Positions 52,409 to 64,000 of a DNA stretch of 64,000 bases are shown here, in pieces. The position numbers and the translations under genes were made by a program. This stretch comes from Saccostrea cucullata. Its lineage: Eukaryota. How positions within the stretch are numbered: position 1 is the stretch's first letter; the number at the start of each line of letters is the position of its first letter. Location of the stretch: the NCBI RefSeq assembly GCF_032062105.1, contig NW_026935559.1:558001-622000 (forward strand), given 5' to 3'. The notes under the pieces were generated by a model that saw nothing but the letters and a program-made list of their open reading frames with translations, had not been told where the DNA came from and made no database searches.

Positions 52409-52772
52409 CTGGCCCCTTATACAAGCTTATTTAATATTACTTCGCATAGATATTCAAACACGTCGTAATCATACAACGTTTTCGCGCTTTTCTCCGAAAC
52501 GCGGGAAAACTCAATGATTAGTAGAAACTGGGAGAAATTTAAGGGGATTTTCGAAGTTAAAGGATTTAGTTATAGAAACAGAGCTACACAATAGCCTACC
52601 TCTTCATAAAGTTTTATGTATATTATAGAGCTTGATGTATATAATTAACCTAACACCCCTTTTTTCTTGTGAAAAAGTGTTTGCTAAACTAAGTGTAGCG
52701 CTCCACCCCACTAGCTCTTAACTAAAATTGCTGGATGGGTTTTGCGCTCCAGACTAAATGTTTTTTTTTTCA

Positions 52773-52903
52773 ATACACTTAAAAGTTGTTAAAATAAAAA
52801 GATTCAGACACTTCCCGACAAGAAAACCCCACATTTTTTTCAAATGTGATTGTTCTTCACTGAAAGTATCAGAATCTTTTATTTTAACAACTTTTAAGTG
52901 TAT
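52773..52903. mobile_element. Short fold-back MITE
   Basis: TACACTTAAAAGTTGTTAAAATAAAAAGATTC / GAATCTTTTATTTTAACAACTTTTAAGTGTA. Confidence 0.75.
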
Positions 52904-53406
52904 AATATTGAAAGTAGATTCAAAATCTTAATTTATTTTACATTTGACAATCCGGAAGACAAGCCCCTATATGGCATAAACTGGATGAAATTATGTAAAA
53001 AATGTCCTATCTCATGTTACAGCTTTTGCAATCTTAAGTTACACGCAGCTTTTTGCAAACTGGTTGTACCTCTTTTGATTATAATACGGGAGTCAGTTGT
53101 CCTGTTTACAATTTAACATTTGGATTGGTTTTAATAAAAGATTGTTTATATATATCATATTTGAATTCATTTCAATATCTATTCCTTTGAATATTTTCTC
53201 TTTTATTGCTTAAAATGAAAAAAAAAAGTGAAAACAAAAACGTGTCCAATCTCACATATCGTCAAATTGGGGATTTAAAACCCGGCCCTACTTAGTACTA
53301 GATTTACCGCCTTCTCAGAAGTTGGTCAATACCAGCTAGAACCAGAAGCGGACTATTAACATGATTAAAATAATTTGAGTCTGCATTATCATTATGTCAG
53401 ACTGTA

Positions 53407-56400
53407 ATGATTGTTAGGTTTATCACGAAGACACTATTTGCGAAGCCACGGACAAATTTTCTACTTAATAAGATGGAGGATTCCAAAGTCAGAGCTTTAT
53501 GTGACGAATTCTGGGACTGGAGGATGCGTCAAAGTCCGGAGTTTGCCTCATTCTGCGGAGATCAGAGATATTGTCATCTTTTGGATGATATCGACCCAGA
53601 CAATTTTGAGGAGTTTGAGGTAAATTTTGAGTTATCAACCACATGACATGGTGTATTATTTAATCTTTAATTAGACAGTATTAGAAATAATTCAGAGCCT
53701 AGTATTGATAATGTAGATGCATGCCTAACCTTAGAATTCAGTATTTTTTAATTTAAAAAACAGTTGTGTGTTGACTCTAAACCTGTTCTATTCAGTTACA
53801 CAAGGTCATCCATTTGAGTTTTTTTTTCATATAATTTTTATGTGAAATGTTAACTCAGTGAGATTCATAGAGACTTGTAACAGGATAGGAGGAAATGTAT
53901 GGCTACTGACCGGGAATCTAACCCAGGACCCCTGCATCACTGGTCATTGGTCAAGTGGTCATGTGCTCTACATATAGCTATCGAGGGAGATATCCATGGC
54001 CAAAAGCATTACATTCCCCCCACCTTAAATGGTATATGGCCTCAGAGCCACAACCCAAGTTCTTCATAATTAGCCCCTGGCAGAGCTTTCACCTGCAATT
54101 CCAAGTTCAATGGCACCATATATCGATCTGAAACGGAAAAGGAGGAAATGTATGACTGGACCAAACTATTACAGACTAAAAGTTTTGGTCTGGTGTCTCT
54201 GTGAATCTCAGACTTAGTGTGGAAGCATTCTTGGTAGTGTAGATTCTAAATTTTACAAACCATGAACCCCCTGGGTAGGAAGGGCTGGAATAGGGAATCC
54301 AAATTTACATTGAAAAATGTAGGAAAAATCTTTAAAACTCTTCTTCTCAATAACCACTGGGCCAGAAAAGCTGAAACTGATGTGGAAGCATCCTTGGGTA
54401 GTGTAGATTCTAAATTGTCCAAATTAAGACCCCGTGGGGTAGGGTGGGGTCACAATAGGTATTACAAAGGGGAGGAGGCATCTGGTAAAGAAGAACAGGT
54501 TTACTCAGGTGAGCGATGTGGCCCATGGTCCTGTTGTTTCCAATGGCATTTGGATAATTGGATTCTGGACAGAAAATGCAAATATATACAGCGTATTAGA
54601 TGCATGGTGTATATTTATGTGATGTGAGTTGCCAGTGACCAGTCCTGTTGTTTAAGGGGCCAATGGCATTTGATATAATTGGCCATGTCCCTGAAAGACC
54701 TGCCAGAGAATCGGAGTATATATAGAGGCCAAAGACCTTTTAGATGCATCGTCGCCAGTATATTTATGTGATGTCTGACCAGAGATTCAGGGGGTCTGCA
54801 GGGGTGTGCAGTGACCAGATAAAGTTACTAGCCCCAAGTGAAAAGTTACTAGCCCAAATATAGGGGCAAAAATTAAAATAAAAAACAATACATTGAAAAG
54901 AAATTACTTGTTGAAAAATGCAGGGTACTGAGGTCATTCTTTTTAAAATTAAAGTTTAATTCTCACTATGAAATTAAATCATGTATAAATTATAATGAAA
55001 GAAGATTAAAATGAATTTAAATAAATTCTTTCCCATTTTTCTGAACATTGCACTAGCTCATTTAGAATGAAATTTAAATTTTGTATTTGGTGTATTTTTG
55101 CCATGTAAAACCTTAGCTTTCAGTTAATTGAGTGATCGTAAATAATTTCAAGATACCATGTATTTACCATAAACGAAAGAGGGAAATTGGCGGAAAAAAG
55201 ATGTTTTCAGGAGGCCAAAGACCTTAAAGGTGAGAGGAGCATGTGGTGAAAACTTTTCACTGATGGGAATTTGATAGCAAAAACGAGTGAAAATGCAGGT
55301 TGTGCTTTTCATGTATTGCTTGTGTAGTTATAATTTTTACATGAAAATCACTAGCCCGACCCCAAAAAGTGATAGCCCCGGGCGTCGGGCGATGCTAATT
55401 GCACACCCCTGGGTCTGGGTTCGAATCACAGTCTGGTCCATTTGCATATTATAATTATAGTACTACTCTTACATCCTTTTTGTATAATTTACCATAATGA
55501 TAAAAAAAGTTATAGCCTCTTAAATTCAGAATGGTATTAAATGATGTAAAATGAAGAGTGTTTTACTATTTATTACCTTCTTGTTGGAAAAACTTTGCAT
55601 AAACATAACTAGTTTTGTAATTTATTTATTTTCAAGTGCTAAGCCCCTGCATATGCCTTTGTTTGTTTATCTCATTTGATTACATGGAAGGCAAAGGGAT
55701 TTATCAGTTTTATTATACATATGTAGGTTACAACTTTGTTTATTTTATTTTACAGGAAGATGTTTCCAAAATGTTAGAGAAGGCAGAAGCAATTGAAGTA
55801 AAGAATTGTTCCAAACGTGCCAGGAATGCCCTCTTACTTGTGAAGGATCAGATGGACACATTTGTAGATGGAATGAAGCATAAGTGGTTAAGCAATAGTA
55901 ATATTTACTTCAAGGATCACAGATATCATTTGTTTTAGGCCAACAATAAAAAATGATTTGTTTGAATAACTCAGACCAGCCAATCAAAATTGCCCCTCCC
56001 CCCAATCATTTTTTCAGCTCTTTGTATTTAAATTTTTTTTTTAGCAATAAATATTTAAATATTTTTACGATGGCCTTAGAGATACTGACAAAATGGTCAA
56101 AATCTAACAAATCATAGAAACTATATCAATTTATACAGTTGAACTTCGGTATCTCGAACACCAGCTTTGTCTCGAATACAGTGGATATGTCAACGTGATT
56201 TGGAAGTCCCAACCACTTACCGGTATTCTTTAAGTATTTTAACTTTGATTTCTCGAATCATCAGATACCCAGGTTTTTCATACTCCTAGGTCCCACTGAG
56301 TTCGAGATAACATTTAACAAACAATCTTAGAAGAATGGTTAATATATTCAGTGGCATGAAATGTAGTAAACAGCTTAATCTTGATGAATTTTAGTAAGGA

Positions 56401-59400
56401 AAGAAATATAATATCCAGTGTAATTTTTTCAGCTGGTATTTTCCAATCAACTTTATGGATGGGTTGCATGCAGATGCTCCTAAAGTAATGAGTACCTGCC
56501 CAACCAAAACAGAAGAAGACTTCAAAAATCTGAATAAAAGAATTAGATGTTATGAAAAGAAGGTGAGTTGGTGATCTTTATACTGTAAAACGAGAAAAAT
56601 TGGCGCATAAGCACTTTGGCACAAATGCAAGTAGGAATGCATTGACGCAAATAAATTTTAGTGCTTGCACTGTCATTAAAATATGTAAATGTGATATTGT
56701 TTTCTTTTATCTATGCCCGTATTTGACTTTTTGGTTAGTCAAGCATGGAAACACATAGCACTCCCGTATATAAGTAACTTGACATTCGTCAACTTGACCA
56801 TGGTGTTACAGTCACATGAGCGTGGCACAATGTCTATTTTATTTTAATTTTTTTTAAAAAGAAAACGATGAGTATTTACGCAATTTATCCATATTAAAAC
56901 AATGCATGCATTTAAAGGAAGTTGCATGTACTTAGATACATTGTAAATGGTAATCAAAATCAGGTATTGTCTGCAAGTTCAATCGCCATGCTTGATTGCA
57001 ATGTTTACCTCGAGGCGATAGATGATTGACACATGAGACGCCAGACTTTGAAGGTGCTAATTATACTATGTAAGTATCGGGTAACAACTAACAATAGTTT
57101 AATTAAATTATAATTTGGCAGAACTTTCTCTATCGATCCTACAGTGCTAGTTTGTATATAAAAATCCAATGACCCTTCGACATTACGTAATCGTACGTTC
57201 CGGTTTACATGTACTTATGTGAAAACTTTGAACACACACAAAAAGTAATATTTAGAAATCCATTAGCGCACAATAAATTTTAGCGTCATGGGGCATTTAC
57301 GTCAAAGGCGCTAAAATTAGTAGTGCGCCATATATTGTCGTTTTACAGTATGCAATACAATGAATACATGTACCATAAAAATTGTGAATACGGTAATTAC
57401 AGAAAAACAGTTTAGTACAAACACGGATTTTGCGAATTCAAAGATATAGTGAAGTTATTTTGGATCCCCAGCTATATAAATTTAACGAATTCCTTACATG
57501 GATATAACGAATTAAGGATATAGCGTTGCTTGAAAATCAATAGACCATAACAAAATCAGGAGAGTTATTTGTATAAAAGCCAAAATTATACCTGTTGTTT
57601 AAAGTTTCAGCTATCGATTATATTAGAATACAAAAATACAAATTTTCGAGTAAACCTTCAGTTTTGCTTTATAAGCATAGTTTTGTAGCTATTGTTAACT
57701 TTTGGAGTAGAGATTTTTTGTTTTCTTGTAGGCCAAAAGTTGTATACACCTTCTGAAAGAGGGAGTGGACCACGGTCATGTTAACCATCTATACTCAATA
57801 GTAAGTCAAATTTATACTTCACTTCTGTAACTTATATAAAAGATGAAATGATGATATGGACAGTTATATTGTTGGACGAAATGGTCTATTATTGTTGTGT
57901 GTACCATTTAGGAGGGTGTACCAGATCAGTTAGATCTGTTGATCAGTGCTGAACTGACTCCAGAAACAGATGTTTTTCTAGCACCTTACAAAAAGTTTCC
58001 TGCATCCATTGATCCCTCTATAAAGTAAGTGAAATAAAACTTACAGAAATTACTCAGTTCATTTTCTCAAACTTTTAAAGACTGAGATTAGACTTGATTT
58101 AGTCACTGGAGATTGTTTAGCATCAATGCTTTTTAGATTTATAGTGGTCATAAATTCATGGGTCTCTTCATGCCTCAAAAACAACAAAAATTGAACTCCA
58201 AGGGAAAAATAGTACATTGTAACTTCACCATAAATACAGACCTGTGAATAATTATAAAACAGAATGATTCAGGGTCTGTGAAAAAGAGAAAAATTCTGTT
58301 ATTTTATATTGAACATGGTGCATTTTATTTTTTTGCAGGTCTGAGACAATAGCTCAATTAAGTGAATACATCTAATCAAAGATTGTCCAGTTTCTGTCTT
58401 ACATAGTGTGCTCTAAATGTTCCCTACTGATGAAAAAATCCTTATAGTTCAAATGAAAAACCATGTCCTCTTTTAAAGGGAGATAATGTAGAAATTTGGT
58501 TGTTTTCTTTTTTTTTTTCCTCAAAAACCAAAGAAAAAAAGATGAAATCACATATGGAGGTTTAATTTTTATTGGTCTTGTAGTATATTTTTGGTTTACA
58601 ACAAAATGCTATTTTTTTAAATACTAATAAGAGTATCATGTGTCTTCTATAACCACTGAATTAAATCTCCTCAATCCAAAATTTTTTTCAATCCTCAAAA
58701 ATAAAATCGCAGTAATTTGAAAGCAGAACACAACAAATACATATATATATATTTTTGTTCATTTTTGACTTCAGAGAACAACTTTTAGAAGAAGCAAAAG
58801 ACATAATCCAAAACATTGTAAGACCAGCATTTAAAGAACTGGCTGAATATATAGAAAATGTAAGTATGTAATTAGGACCCTGCAGTGCATGTACCTTAAA
58901 GTTATCAATTTGTCAATCTGTTTATATGTTTCCTTTTCAACCTATCTTGCTCATACTCTGAAAGTGCCCATGCATAAGTATAGGGTATGCAATGACCTTG
59001 ATTTAAGTTCTAGACTTAAGGTCAAAAAACGCCAGTGTAAAACACTTGACTGCATCATATTTTCCCTCCCTTGGGCCTATCGGGTTCATTCTTTACTTTG
59101 TTAAATTCCCAGTTGTAAAGCAATGACCTTCAACCATATTTAAGCCAGAAGTCAAAGTTCTGAGCAAATTATTTTTCTTGGATATTTTTTCATGGATCTT
59201 GATTTACCTGACCAGTTCTTGTGATTAATTTGTTTGCAGTGACCTTAAACCAATGTCAAAGCAGTACTCTGTGTAAAAATTGAGGATTTCAAGGTCAAAG
59301 CAGCCTTTTTTTATCAATTAAGACAAATGTTAGACTTTGTTCTTGGGCCTATGTAGCAAATATTTACCCCTAAGAGTGCCCTCAGGTATTAAAAGTGCAC

Positions 59401-62400
59401 AGAGTGTTTGAATTATATATATTCTTAACTTATTATGCGCCCGGATCGATAGATCCGAGGCTTATATTGTTTTTGTCCTGTCTGTTTGTCTGTTTATCTG
59501 TTTGTCTGTCTGTCTGTTGTCAACTTTAACCTTCGCCGTAATTTTTGAACCATGAAAGATACAGACTTCATATTATGTTTGCATACTCCACCAATAAAGT
59601 TCTTTCGAATGACACCAAGGTCAATGACCTTGGGACCTTGACTATGACCTATTTGCTAAAAATAGCTTCTTTGAATTTTCGCCATATCTTTTGAACCATG
59701 AGAGATAGAGACTACATATTTGATATGCTTACTCCACCAGTGACGCTCTTTCAAATGACACCAAGGTCAATGACCTAGTGATCTTGACTGTGACCTATAT
59801 GCTAAAAATAGATTTTACAAAATTTTTGCCATAACTTTTGAACCATGAGAGATAGAGACTTCGTATTTGGTGTGCATACTCCACTAATGAAGTTCTTCAA
59901 ATGACACCAAGGTCAATGACCTTGTGACCTTGACTTTCACTTATCTGCTGAAAATAGTTTTTTTAAACTTTGTTGCCGCCGGCGCATAGTGTTTCACAAA
60001 CACATCTTGTTTTTAATGTTAAAAATGTCATGATTTATTTAACAAATGATTTCCTTAAATGTGCATGCTTACAGATGGAGTTTTTCCTATGTGGAGTTCA
60101 GGAAAGATCATGTTTACCTTGACTTGTTCTGTTCCATTCTAGGATTATATGAAGCACTTGCGTGAAGATATATCCATTCACTCCCTCCCGAATGGGGAGG
60201 AGTTATACCAGGATTGTCTAGATTTCCATCTTTCTTTCTCAATGACCCCACAGCAAGTGTTTGACATTGGGACGGCAGAGGTGGAGAGAATCACGCAGGC
60301 GATGCACAAGATCACCCTTGAGGAAGGCTTCGGAACAGATATTATGAAGTTTAAAGAAGACATAGTCAAGAGGGAGGAGTTCCATTGCAAAACTCCTGTA
60401 GGTTTATTTGGTTTTTTACATAGGAATCATGTTGTGGCTATACAGTAAAACTCGGTTATAGCGAAGTCCTGGGGACCTGCGAATTTACTTCCCTATATCC
60501 GTAATTTGTTATATCCGTATAACGAATTCTTATAACCATATGTAGCGAATTCGCAATATGAATGTTTTCTCTCAAGTATTAGAACCAAATATGTTAGTGA
60601 AGGAAATGACAAAACAAACGTTCGATATCTAAGGTTTTATTATGAATCGAATTTTATATACAAATGCTACAAGAAAAAAATTAAGTTTGTTCAATTTAGC
60701 AAATTTTGAGATCTTTGAAAGTTCTTTATAAAAGATGTAAATTTCATTATATTTAACCTCAACGGGTCTCAAAATCAGTTTGCTATATCCGTAAATTCGT
60801 TATATCAGAGTTCGTTATAATCGTAAAATTTTACAAAGATTTGTTAAGAACCAAAATTCGCTATATCCGTAAATTCGCTATATCCGTGTTCGTACTAAAC
60901 AAGTTTTACTGTATAAGCATGTTTGAAATATAAAATTGTTTTTTTTTCCTATGCCATTCTCACATTTGTTCTCTTTCTCTTTTACAGGAGGAGCTGATAG
61001 CTTATGTCAAACATATATGTTTTGACCAGATTCAACCAAAGTTACCACAATTATTCTTTGAATCTCCAAAGTCCAAGCTAAAGTAAATGTTTCTCTTGCT
61101 CTCTCTTTGTCTTCTCATCAGGAAAAGATTAAGAATGTGAGATCTGAATATTGATTAAGAAAGTACACTATAACAGGCTTATATTGAATTGACATTTACA
61201 GCCAAGTGATAATCATTCCCCTTGGCTGTAGAATAAATTTTGAACTCGGCGATTCACTTTTATATTGAAGAAAAATCGTCTGTCCCAGGAACTTTGTTAT
61301 AAGCTTGTTTTTACTGCTTTATTTTTCTCTCTACTTCATGCTTATAGATTTAGTATAATTTTTTAGCTTGTTATCTGTACACAGTACAAGATTATCTGTT
61401 GAAAGGAGAATAAAATACTATGATAATTTACTATACTGTTTTATTTACCGTTAGGATTGAGCCGACTCCCCCGCTGATGGATGATGGGCCTGTGGCATTC
61501 TACTTCAATGGTTCCCCCGATGGCTCTAGACCTGGTGTGTACTATATCAGTACATCTAACTTGGAAGTAAAGTATGTCATAAGAAACATTTACAGTGCTC
61601 ATACAGTGCTCCTGATAAATGTCTATCAACCCTGCTGACTGTTAATGCTCACTGGAAACGTGGACATTTACATGTTAAAAAGATATTTTTAAGGAAATAT
61701 GCGATTAAATTTTTTTTATGCAAATGCCTTTAATCATATTTGATTTGGTTTTCACAATGCATAAGCCCTGTATGGCAGGAAAAACCCTTAAAATTATATC
61801 CCACTTCTTATTTGTGTAATAAGAGAGTGTAAATAGCCAAGTTTGCAGTATATGAATCGCAGGCACTTGTTTTGTGTACTGGACACCCCTTACTTATTTT
61901 ACCACAAGGCACTTAAGTCATTTTACTAATTATTACTTATTAACTTACTTTAGAATGATAATGTTTGCTTCAAGAGACTTTTTTTCTTGTCTATTAAATT
62001 GTTTAAGACATCTCTGGTAGAGCCTCTTTATTGTAAACCACTCATTTATTCCTGAAAATTACATCAAGACATTTTAAGACTAGATGGGATTCAACTTTCG
62101 GGTTGGGGGTACAATAAACCCAACCAAAAAGTATCCCATCCAAAGTTTAATATGTATCAAGGTCTAAAATAATTTTTTTGACAAGAAACAAGTCTCAAGA
62201 AGCAAATGATGTCACATTTTAAAGTAGGTTAATGATTGATGTAGTAACTAAATATGAGCTTGAAGCAGGGGTGCCTGAAAATTATTAAAAATAAGCAGGG
62301 GTGTCCTGTATTTGAAATAAGTGCCTGTGACATGAATGCTACTTTCTGTGAACTTGGTGCAGTATAGTAATTTTTGTGTAATTTATTTTCAGTCCAAAAT

Positions 62401-62982
62401 ATGAACTACCAGCTTTGTGTTTACATGAAGGAGAGCCTGGGCACCATTTTCAGGTCAGTATCTGGGTTGATTTATGAAGTCTGACACTCTGATATACATG
62501 TATGTTAGGTGTGTCACATGCTCAGGGAGAAAGTTGTTTTAAGTATCCATTATACTAGATCCAGGAGTGGTTTATCTCGAGGTTTTTCCTCGGCCCCATC
62601 GAGTTTGAGATTTGACTGTATATTGAATTTAAATGTCCATAGTAATTTTAATAAAAGGATGTTGCTTTATTATGAAAAACATATGAAAATAAAATCTTGC
62701 ATATAAATAAATTGCAAAACTAAACTTGTTTGATGCCTTGGTTGCAGTTTTTAGTGCTTTGAATTAGGCCTGGTTCAATGGTATCTTCAACATATCATTT
62801 TCCCAGGTTTCTGAAAGAAATTTTACATGACTGTGTGAACTATTTAAAATTTTTAACAATATTGACTCTAGGGAATGATTTCTATGGAAATGAAGGAGCT
62901 ACATGCTTTTAGGAGAGCCAACGAAGATCTGAATTATGCTTGGGTACCTTCTAGATTTCCAATGTATACTGCATATTTAGAG
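53407..62982 (+). CDS. DUF885-family putative metallopeptidase-like protein, first 460 aa; 3' end beyond the window (exons 53407-53619, 55756-55886, 56433-56562, 57732-57800, 57912-58024, 58775-58859, 60143-60397, 60988-61082, 61455-61571, 62393-62453, 62872-62982)
   Basis: Eleven phase-consistent GT-AG exons. DUF885 hallmarks: SPEFASFCGD, LPNGEELY..L.FH...TPQQVFDIG..EVERI, AFY...SPDGSRPGVYY, LCLHEGEPGHHFQ, YTAYLE (GWALY expected next). Confidence 0.9.
54215..54540. mobile_element. Cg170-type satellite / non-autonomous Helitron-Helentron 3' fragment
   Basis: Two GTGGAAGCAT.CTTGG.TAGTGTAGATTCTAAAT units about 164 bp apart and the terminal CAGGTGAGCGATGTGGCCCATGG..CTGTTGTTT typical of oyster repeats. 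Confidence 0.75.
54799..55411. mobile_element. MITE (hAT/P-like termini) inserted into a tRNA-derived SINE head
   Basis: Perfect TIRs CAGGGGTGTGCA / TGCACACCCCTG; GGTCTG duplicated on both sides; the B-box GGTTCGAATC follows. Confidence 0.8.
56581..57350. mobile_element. TA-flanked MITE
   Basis: TACTGTAAAACGA..TGGCGCA / TGCGCCA..TCGTTTTACAGTA. Confidence 0.8.
59430..60012. mobile_element. Non-autonomous Helentron (pearl/DINE-1-like) element
   Basis: 5' hairpin CGGATCGATAGATCCG, (TCTG)n microsatellite, three ~147-bp core repeats (TTTTGAACCATG at ~59543, 59689, 59836), 3' GTGTTTCACAAACAC hairpin then T-run. Confidence 0.85.
60443..60911. mobile_element. Tc1/mariner(pogo)-type MITE; a related partial copy lies at ~57400-57530
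   Basis: TA-CAGTAAAACTCG ... CAAGTTTTACTG-TA with subterminal TTCG(T/C)TATATCCG repeats. Confidence 0.82.
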
Positions 62983-63452
62983 GTTAGTGTATTTAAAAAT
63001 TATAAAATGTTATGAATTTGTAGTGTATTGGTAAACTTATACCGATGGTTTAAAGAAAATACAGACCTTGGTGTATGTAATGTTTTATATATGATCACCT
63101 TAGTCTCTCAAATGACCCATAAATTGCTATCTATTTTTGTCCCCTGTTTGTGGTCAAAATTTTTTTGGAACTTATTCAGCTTTTCCACAGAATTTCAATT
63201 TCAACCACATTTAGTTGTGGGTATCGATGGAAGTGAATAATGGATAATTCCAGGTATCTGTCTCCCAGGGGCCTGAGGGATTGTACCAAAACAAATGATA
63301 AGCAGCTATAATTTATGATTTTACAGTTGTCATTGTATTTTCCAAAAACTTTCCTTTTCCTCTCTTTAAAAGCTGAAAAGGTAAATGTTAACTGCATCAC
63401 TTTGTATCCCTATAATACCTTGTCTTTCAATATATAACAATTTGACAATGCT

Positions 63453-63609
63453 TAAGGACTCACTGTGTAGTTTGTTGGGTATGCCAGGGCATCAACAATA
63501 GTTGGAAACATGGGATAATTTGCAGAAGCCCATTATGCATAAATTAACCCACATTCCAACTACTGTTGATGTCCCTTGAATACCCAACAAACTAGACAGT
63601 GATTCCTTA
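63453..63609. mobile_element. Fold-back (palindromic) MITE
   Basis: TAAGGACTCACTGTGTAGTTTGTTGGGTAT... / ...ATACCCAACAAACTAGACAGTGATTCCTTA; arms about 70 bp. Confidence 0.8.
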
Positions 63610-64000
63610 TATTTCCATTTCATTGTAAAAAAAAATTGTAAATTTAGTTTTAAAAAATGTTTTTAGATTTAAAATGCATGAGGTTTTCAATGGTCCCTGC
63701 CCACTGACGTCAGACACAAAGACAGCCGCAGAAAACTTGCATGCATATTAGGCTTTATTAGGTCCTAACCTTTTGCTTGGCGAAATTTACATATTGGTTA
63801 AATGATCAAGAAATCAACTCACCTAACTTTCAAAGAGTTATCATAGGGAAAATAAACAGAAATGGAAATATTGTAAAATCAACAATACAATTCACTCTAT
63901 TCAGCAAAGTGCTCCCTATCCTTTATACAAGATTTTTATTGTATTCGATGATAGAGAAATTTTTTATCATATTGAATTATTTATAATGCAGTTAATCTCT

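Larger units (their letters stand above)
50879..53309. mobile_element. Possible ~2.4 kb TIR-bounded element directly upstream of the DUF885 gene
   Basis: Perfect 15-bp inverted ends CGGTAAATCTAGTAC / GTACTAGATTTACCG; no clean target-site duplication. Confidence 0.5.

Noticed and set aside
53407-62982. Bacterial contamination as the source of DUF885
   Set aside because: The gene is split by ten GT-AG introns filled with host-type repeats.

Overview
This is AT-rich eukaryotic DNA with spliceosomal introns, most likely from an oyster-like bivalve (inferred from a Cg170-type Helitron/satellite fragment, a pearl/DINE-like element and the expanded IAP array). I reconstructed seven genes by hand, each with phase-consistent exons. 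(1-3) A tandem array of three IAP/BIRC genes: the first is cut by the window start; the other two have long orphan N-terminal regions, a Cys->Thr BIR1, BIR2, UBA and RING. (4) A minus-strand secreted 629-aa protein with a large Arg/Lys/Tyr-rich domain and a C-terminal C-type lectin domain. (5-6) Two paralogous, Cys-free, secreted orphan proteins of 150 and 144 aa with strongly cationic amphipathic segments; one carries a near copy of the homeodomain helix-3/penetratin motif. (7) A DUF885-family gene with at least 11 exons, the HExxPGHH motif and a mitochondrial-presequence-like N-terminus; it runs off the window end. Intergenic and intronic DNA is dense in mobile elements: a decayed DIRS/Ngaro tyrosine-recombinase retrotransposon, many 5'-truncated Penelope-like RT fragments, a full-length decayed mariner, tRNA-derived SINEs, several MITEs, Helentron-type elements, satellites and one N-gap. 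The best candidates for an undescribed system are the cluster of cationic secreted proteins (29.6-43.8 kb) and the intron-rich DUF885 gene.
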